Program-made: the position numbers and the translations under genes
Shown here: one piece after another, positions 58,622 through 64,000 of the stretch
Position numbering within the stretch: the stretch's first letter is position 1
Layout: every line of letters starts with the position of its first letter
NCBI GenBank assembly: GCA_963728915.1
Contig: CAVSLV010000004.1
Location: 128,001 to 192,000 of the forward strand
Direction: 5' to 3'
Length of the DNA stretch: 64,000 nucleotides
DNA from: an uncultured Gemmatimonadales bacterium
GTDB taxonomy: Bacteria > Gemmatimonadota > Gemmatimonadetes > Gemmatimonadales > GWC2-71-9
The notes under the pieces: generated by a model
What the model was told of the DNA's origin: nothing
Database searches by the model: none
What the model saw: only the letters and a program-made list of their open reading frames with translations

Positions 58622-58632
58622 AAAGGGGAACC

Positions 58633-58962
58633 ATGAGCGGCCAACTCGACCTGCCCCAGGGCACCCTCGACCTCCTCATTCTCACGGCGCTTTCCCTCCA
58701 GCCCATGCACGGCTGGGCCATCTCCGAACGGCTCCATCAGATCTCCGAGGCGAGCCTCACCATTCCGCAGGGCTCGCTCTATCCCGCGCTCCACCGGCTC
58801 GAGCGCAAGAGCTGGATCGCGGCCCAGTGGGGCAGCTCCGAGAACAACCGCCGCACCAAGACTTATCACCTGACCCCGCGAGGCCGGAAGCAGCTCGTGA
58901 CCGAGCGGGCCGCCTGGCGGGCCCTGACCCGTACGGTCGATCTCGTGCTCGAGATGCGCTGA
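58633..58962 (+). CDS. PadR family regulator (acidobacterial type)
   Basis: QGTLDLLIL, MHGWAI, GSLYPALHRLE, WG.SENNRR. Confidence 0.93.
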   Translation: MSGQLDLPQGTLDLLILTALSLQPMHGWAISERLHQISEASLTIPQGSLYPALHRLERKSWIAAQWGSSENNRRTKTYHLTPRGRKQLVTERAAWRALTRTVDLVLEMR

Positions 58963-58973
58963 GGGAAGGGACC

Positions 58974-61664
58974 ATGGGCCGACTGATGAGCGAGATCCGC
59001 TACCGGCTGCGTGCCCTGTTCCGCCGCCGCGCGGTCGAGGCCGAGCTGGATGACGAGTTGCGGTTTCATCTCCAGCGGGAAATCGAGAAGCGCATGAAGG
59101 CGGGAGCGTCCCGGTCGGAAGCGGAGCGGCTGACCCGGGCCCATTTTGGCGCGGTGGAAGGGACCCGCGACGACGTCCGGGACAGTCGGGGCGTGAGCGT
59201 CCTCGACCACTTCTTTCGCGACCTCCGGTTGGCCGCCCGGTCGCTTCGCCGTCGCCCGGTGCTCGCGGTCGGCGTCGTGCTCACGCTTGGTCTGGGGATC
59301 GGGGTCAACGCCACGATGTTCGGCATCGTTGACCGGCTCCTGTTCCGATCACCTCCGATGATGGAAGATCCAGGCGCGGTCTACCGGGTCTACCGGGCCG
59401 GAGTGAATGATGGGGAGGAGCGGATCGATCGGAATTTCGCGTTTCCGACCTTTCTCGACCTTTCCCGGCTGACTCCTTCCTTCGAGAAGGTGGCGGCGTT
59501 CCAGACCAGACCCCTCGGCGTGGGGGAAGGGCAGGACGTTCTCGAAGTGCCGGTGACGGTGGCGAGCGCTTCCTATTTCACCTTGTTCCGAGCGATTCCG
59601 GTGCGCGGCCGCTTTTTCACCGAAGCCGAGGATGCGGTTCCCCGGGGGGCGCCGGTGGCGGTTCTGGGGTACGAATTCTGGCAAAGCCATTTCGGCGGAG
59701 CCGACGTCATCGGGAAGATCTTTCGGGTCGATCGGATGATCTGCACGATCATCGGGATCGCGCCGCAGGGTTTCGTCGGTATGTCCGACCAGGGAGTCCC
59801 CGCGGTGTATCTCCCGATCACCGCCTACGCCAATGCCGTTCGGGGTTCGCGATATTCTGGGAATTACAACTGGAGCTGGCTCGAGCTGGTGGTGCGCCGT
59901 CGCGAATCCGTCTCCCACGATATGGCCGAGGCGGCGTTGAACAACGGGATGATCCAGAGCTGGCGGAATGCGGAGGCGTTCGACAAGGGCTGGGGGCCCC
60001 CCGAGGAACACCGGATCCGCGGCGTGCTCGGACCGATCCAGCTCGGACGGGGCCCGGACGCGGGGCCGGAAACGAGGACTGCGACCTGGATCGGCGGAGT
60101 CGCCCTGATCGTGCTGCTGATCGCCTGCGCCAACGTGGCCAACCTGCTCCTCTCCCGCGCAGTGGGGCGACGGGGCGAGGTGGCCATGCGAGCCGCGCTG
60201 GGCGCGAGCCGGTCCCGGATTGCCGGACAGGTGCTGGTCGAGAGTCTGCTGCTCGCCTTACTGGGCGGGATCGCCGGGATCGCGCTGGCGCAATGGGGAG
60301 CCTCGGGCTTGCGGGCCTGGTTTCTCCCCGCCGATCTCGATGTGGGGGTCGTGAGCGACACCCGGACCCTGCTCTTCGTGGTCGCGGCCGTTCTGATTGC
60401 GGGTGTGCTGACCGGCCTTGCCCCGGCGCTGGACGCCGCACGAACCATCGCGGCCGGGTCGCTCCGAGTGGACGCCCGGCACGAGCGGAGAGAGCGCGCC
60501 GGGCTTCGGGCCATCCTTCTGGTGCTCCAGCCCGCGTTCTCGATGGTCCTTCTGGTGGGCGCCCTTCTCTTCGTTCGCAGTCTTCGGCACGTCCGCGAGT
60601 ACCGGCTGGGCTACGACGTGAACCCGGTGGCCCTGGTGGGCGCGAGCCTGCGGGGCGCCCAACTCGACGAGGCGGCGCAGCGCGAGCTCACCCAGCGAAT
60701 GCTGGACGCGGCCCGGACCATTCCCGGGGTGCAGTACGTCAGCCTGGCCGCATCGATTCCGTTCTGGAGCAATGAAGGGCGCGGGCTCTACGTGCCGGGG
60801 GTCGACTCGGTGCACCGGCTCGGCCGATTCATCCTGCAAGCGGGGACTCCTGACTACTTCCGCACCATGGGGACCCGCATCATTCGCGGCCGTCCCTTCG
60901 ACGCCACCGACCGGGAAGGCTCACCGCGCGTCGTGGTCGTGAGTGAGGGAATGGCGCGGGCCGTCTGGCCGGACCAGGAGGCGATCGGCAAGTGTTTCCG
61001 GATCGGAAGCGATACGGTGCCGTGCAGCACGGTCATCGGCATCGCGGAGGACGTGCGGATCCGTTCGCTGACCGATGCGCGGGAATTCACCTACTACCTC
61101 CCGGCGGCGCAATATGACGGGAGCTTCGATCCCATCGTTCTGGCGCGAGTCGACGGGAAGGCGACCGATTATATCGCGCCGCTCCGGGCAAGATTGCAGA
61201 GCGAGATGCCCGGAGCGGCCTATGTCACGGTGGCTCCCCTCCAGTCGCTGGTGAACCCGCGCATGCGATCGTGGGAATTCGGAGCGACCCTCTTCGTGGC
61301 GTTCGGGGTGCTGGCGCTGGTGGTCGCCGCGGTCGGGCTCTACAGCATGATGTCCTATGAGGTTGCCCGCCGCACCCGGGAGCTCGGGGTCCGGATCGCC
61401 ATGGGCGCCTCGGTGCCGCGAATCCTGCGCGGTGTGCTGTCGCGGGGAGGCCGGCTGGTGATCGCCGGGATTCTGGTCGGGGGGATCGCGGGATTCCTGA
61501 TCGCGCCCCGGATTCAGGGCCTGCTCTTCCAGCAACCCGCTCGCGATCTCCTGGTGTTTGCGGTGGTCGCGGTCGTGCTCGCACTGGTCGGGATATTGGC
61601 GACCCTGATCCCGGCCTTCCGGGCCACCCGGGTGGATCCGAACATGGCCCTGCGCGCCGAGTAG
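58974..61664 (+). CDS. ADOP family duplicated ABC permease
   Basis: ELDDELRFHL N-terminus, two MacB-PCD/FtsX halves (LIACANVANLLL; RTRELGVRIAMGA), follows padR. Confidence 0.93.
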   Translation: MGRLMSEIRYRLRALFRRRAVEAELDDELRFHLQREIEKRMKAGASRSEAERLTRAHFGAVEGTRDDVRDSRGVSVLDHFFRDLRLAARSLRRRPVLAVGVVLTLGLGIGVNATMFGIVDRLLFRSPPMMEDPGAVYRVYRAGVNDGEERIDRNFAFPTFLDLSRLTPSFEKVAAFQTRPLGVGEGQDVLEVPVTVASASYFTLFRAIPVRGRFFTEAEDAVPRGAPVAVLGYEFWQSHFGGADVIGKIFRVDRMICTIIGIAPQGFVGMSDQGVPAVYLPITAYANAVRGSRYSGNYNWSWLELVVRRRESVSHDMAEAALNNGMIQSWRNAEAFDKGWGPPEEHRIRGVLGPIQLGRGPDAGPETRTATWIGGVALIVLLIACANVANLLLSRAVGRRGEVAMRAALGASRSRIAGQVLVESLLLALLGGIAGIALAQWGASGLRAWFLPADLDVGVVSDTRTLLFVVAAVLIAGVLTGLAPALDAARTIAAGSLRVDARHERRERAGLRAILLVLQPAFSMVLLVGALLFVRSLRHVREYRLGYDVNPVALVGASLRGAQLDEAAQRELTQRMLDAARTIPGVQYVSLAASIPFWSNEGRGLYVPGVDSVHRLGRFILQAGTPDYFRTMGTRIIRGRPFDATDREGSPRVVVVSEGMARAVWPDQEAIGKCFRIGSDTVPCSTVIGIAEDVRIRSLTDAREFTYYLPAAQYDGSFDPIVLARVDGKATDYIAPLRARLQSEMPGAAYVTVAPLQSLVNPRMRSWEFGATLFVAFGVLALVVAAVGLYSMMSYEVARRTRELGVRIAMGASVPRILRGVLSRGGRLVIAGILVGGIAGFLIAPRIQGLLFQQPARDLLVFAVVAVVLALVGILATLIPAFRATRVDPNMALRAE

Positions 61665-61667
61665 CCC

Positions 61668-62351
61668 TTACATCACGGTGCCGAAGGTGACCTTTCCCTT
61701 GGGGCAGGCAAGGTGGACTTCCATGCCCGGCTCGCCGCTCGTCGCGGATCCCGCGTAGCCGAGCGCACTGAAGAATCGCTGCAGGGGGGCGGGATCGCGT
61801 TCGCGAACCTCGACCTGCTCCAGCCGGCATCCTCCCGGGGCATTCGCGCTCGGATGCGCGGTTCCCGCCGACCATTCGATCAGAAAGGGCGCGAGGCCCA
61901 GGCCGCCTGCGTCGGCGCCTCCGGTCCTCCATTCCAGCAAGGTGCCGTCGGGTTGTTTCCGCGATCCCGGGGTAGGGCCCACCGTGGTGAACCCGGCCCG
62001 CTTGAGGCTCTCGAGCAACGGTTCGAGCCGGCCCCCGTGGAGCGCCCATCCGGCGACTGAGAGGCCGCGGAACGGAATCACCGCCTCCGGGTTCGGCTCG
62101 GAAGACCTGGGCGCCAGGATTTCCAGATAGCTGCCGTTACCCAGACTCACCAGTGCATTCTGGGTCCGACCGGTCGGATGCTCGCCACCCTTGACCGGCG
62201 TCACCCCGGTCCGCTCGGCGAACTCCGCGATGCCGCGGTCCAGGTTGTTGATGGCGAGGATGATGTGGTCGAGATTGGTGCGCCCGGCGCCCTGGGACCA
62301 GAGCGAACCCGGACCCACCATCAGCGCGGCAAGGAGAGCGAACGATTTCAT
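61668..62351 (-). CDS. VOC/glyoxalase-like (Glyoxalase_3) protein with signal peptide
   Basis: LDHII, GGEH..G.TQNAL, YLEI, PFLIEW. Confidence 0.88.
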   Translation of the reverse strand: MKSFALLAALMVGPGSLWSQGAGRTNLDHIILAINNLDRGIAEFAERTGVTPVKGGEHPTGRTQNALVSLGNGSYLEILAPRSSEPNPEAVIPFRGLSVAGWALHGGRLEPLLESLKRAGFTTVGPTPGSRKQPDGTLLEWRTGGADAGGLGLAPFLIEWSAGTAHPSANAPGGCRLEQVEVRERDPAPLQRFFSALGYAGSATSGEPGMEVHLACPKGKVTFGTVM

Positions 62352-62503
62352 GGGAAGAAGCTAGGAGCCGGGGCAGGCTCGCGCCACCTCTCCGGCAGAG
62401 CATCGTGATTCGTTCCGGACCCGTCTAGGGCCGCTTGCCATACTGGGCGGCGTATTTCTCGTACGCCGTCTGCGCCGCGGGGCAATCTCCCCGAAAGGGC
62501 CGA

Positions 62504-64000
62504 TCAGCGGCGCCCGGCCCCCCGCAGGTTGTCGAGGCCCGCCTCGGCCAGCAGCCGGTAGGGATGCCCGGTGGGAAGCTGGAGCCGGTACAGGGTCAGG
62601 GCGCGCCGGTAGAGCGTATCTGCCAGCCCTCGATCACCCAGCCGCCGAGCCGCCTCACCCAGATACTCGTATCCGTCGGTCACAAACCAGGGCCCCCCGG
62701 GCGGTCTGGACCGCTCGAACGCAACCGCTTGCTGGTAGATCGCTCCGGCATCCGGAGCGTTTCTCCGGGTGGCCAAATACGCCAGGCGATTGAGGAGGTC
62801 TCCCTCCTCGGAGGAGGAGGTCGCGCTGGTGCTCATGTCCGCCAGCCCCCGGCGCAGGAGCTGCTCTGCTTCGACCGGATCGCCCTCGGCCAGCCGGATC
62901 GCCGCCAGCGTCCGGCGGCGGAGCGCTGCGCTCAAACTGTTCGGCCCGTAGATGCGCTCTGCCAGCGAGACGCTTTGCCGGGCCAGACCCTCTGCCTCCC
63001 CGAAGGCGCCCTCCCGTTCCAGCAGAATCGCCAGCACGGTCAGGCTCACTTCGGTTTCCAGATGGGTCGGCCCGTAGAGCACTCGACTGACCTCGAGTGC
63101 CTGGCGGGCGAGCGAGTCCGCTTCGGCCAGGCGACCCTGGTCTCTTCGGATCGAAGCGAGATAGCGCATCGCCCGGAAGGTTTCCTGGTGGAGTCGACCG
63201 AAGACTCTGAGGTCCGCAGCCAGGGCCGGTTCCACAAATGCGGCGGCGGAGTCGTAATCTGCTCGGAGAAAGAGGAGGTGCCCCAGCTCGGCCGCTACAA
63301 TGCTGGTGAGGGGCGCGTTGCTGGAGGGTACTCGCCGCAGGAGGGTTCGATACAGGGCCTCCGCCTCATCGAGCTTCTCCTGCTGACCCAGGTCGCCGGC
63401 GAGATCGAACTCGGTTTGAAGCACTTCAGGTCTCGCCGGCTCGGCCAGACGGTGATACAGACTCAGGGAACGACGCAGCAGGACTTCGCTCTCCCCATAT
63501 CGGCCGGCTCCGGCGTAGAGGTGACCGCGTCGGGAAAGGGTGGCCGCGAGGTCGAGCGTTGGCGGGGAGCCGGTCCGGTCCTGAATCGTCAGAGCCCGGG
63601 CGAACAGCGAATCGGCCTCGGGCACGTTTCCCAGCGCGGATTGCAGATCGCCGAAGGTGCTCAGGATCGAAGCCAGAGTTTCCGGATCGCCGCTCAGCTC
63701 GCTCTCGGCCCGATGAATGCCATCGTCGAGGACTTTGTCCGCCGAGACTTCGCTGCGATCGGCCTGGTCGGGACTCCATCCCTGGAGGAAGCGCCGAAGC
63801 AGGGTCGCGCTCTCGGAGGCCTTGAGGGCCTCGCGCCGGGCCCGGTCGCGCTCGATCTGGAGCCGGGTCAGGTACATCGCTGCGGTCCCGGTGGCGAGGA
63901 GAACGAAGACCGCGCTCGCGATCAGCCGACCCCGGTACCGGCGGAGAAACTTCACCACGCGGTAGCCTCGTCCCGCGTTCCCGAACCGGAGCGGTTCGTG
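62504..64000 (-). CDS. C-terminal TM plus TPR part of a probable Ser/Thr kinase-TPR protein; 5' end outside the window
   Basis: YR..KF.RR.R juxtamembrane motif, TM helix, many TPR repeats; frame open to the window edge. Confidence 0.8.
   Translation of the reverse strand, partial: HEPLRFGNAGRGYRVVKFLRRYRGRLIASAVFVLLATGTAAMYLTRLQIERDRARREALKASESATLLRRFLQGWSPDQADRSEVSADKVLDDGIHRAESELSGDPETLASILSTFGDLQSALGNVPEADSLFARALTIQDRTGSPPTLDLAATLSRRGHLYAGAGRYGESEVLLRRSLSLYHRLAEPARPEVLQTEFDLAGDLGQQEKLDEAEALYRTLLRRVPSSNAPLTSIVAAELGHLLFLRADYDSAAAFVEPALAADLRVFGRLHQETFRAMRYLASIRRDQGRLAEADSLARQALEVSRVLYGPTHLETEVSLTVLAILLEREGAFGEAEGLARQSVSLAERIYGPNSLSAALRRRTLAAIRLAEGDPVEAEQLLRRGLADMSTSATSSSEEGDLLNRLAYLATRRNAPDAGAIYQQAVAFERSRPPGGPWFVTDGYEYLGEAARRLGDRGLADTLYRRALTLYRLQLPTGHPYRLLAEAGLDNLRGAGRR

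Noticed and set aside
62444..62500. Small hairpins (ggcggcgta/tacgccgtc; ccc-gaaa-ggg) as an ncRNA
   Set aside because: Short GC-rich stems at a gene end are expected by chance or as a terminator; no other support.

Overview
High-GC (roughly 69% by eye) bacterial chromosomal segment. Gene content (several Hanks kinases, PadR plus ADOP permease, VPS10-like hydrolase, S9 peptidase, mycobacterial-type Sdh1) suggests Gemmatimonadota; this is inference. I count about 55 tightly packed CDS and see no rRNA, tRNA, CRISPR, integrase or transposase. Highlights: (1) a non-palindromic 10-mer, SCGGGTTAGG, found 11 times on both strands inside genes, often via rare TTA/CTA/AGG codons (uptake-sequence or nucleoid-motif candidate); (2) an Rdx/SelW selenoprotein (CxxU plus SECIS hairpin) missed by the ORF track, heading a pfkA-phhB operon; (3) a XoxF/MxaF-like PQQ protein that has lost the catalytic and metal ligands; (4) a four-gene module of two His-bearing membrane proteins and two Tat-exported Rieske proteins; (5) two structured non-coding leaders, upstream of a large ankyrin gene and upstream of lon; (6) a palindromic repeat inserted in frame in lon; (7) an HrpB-like helicase with apparently swapped motif order.
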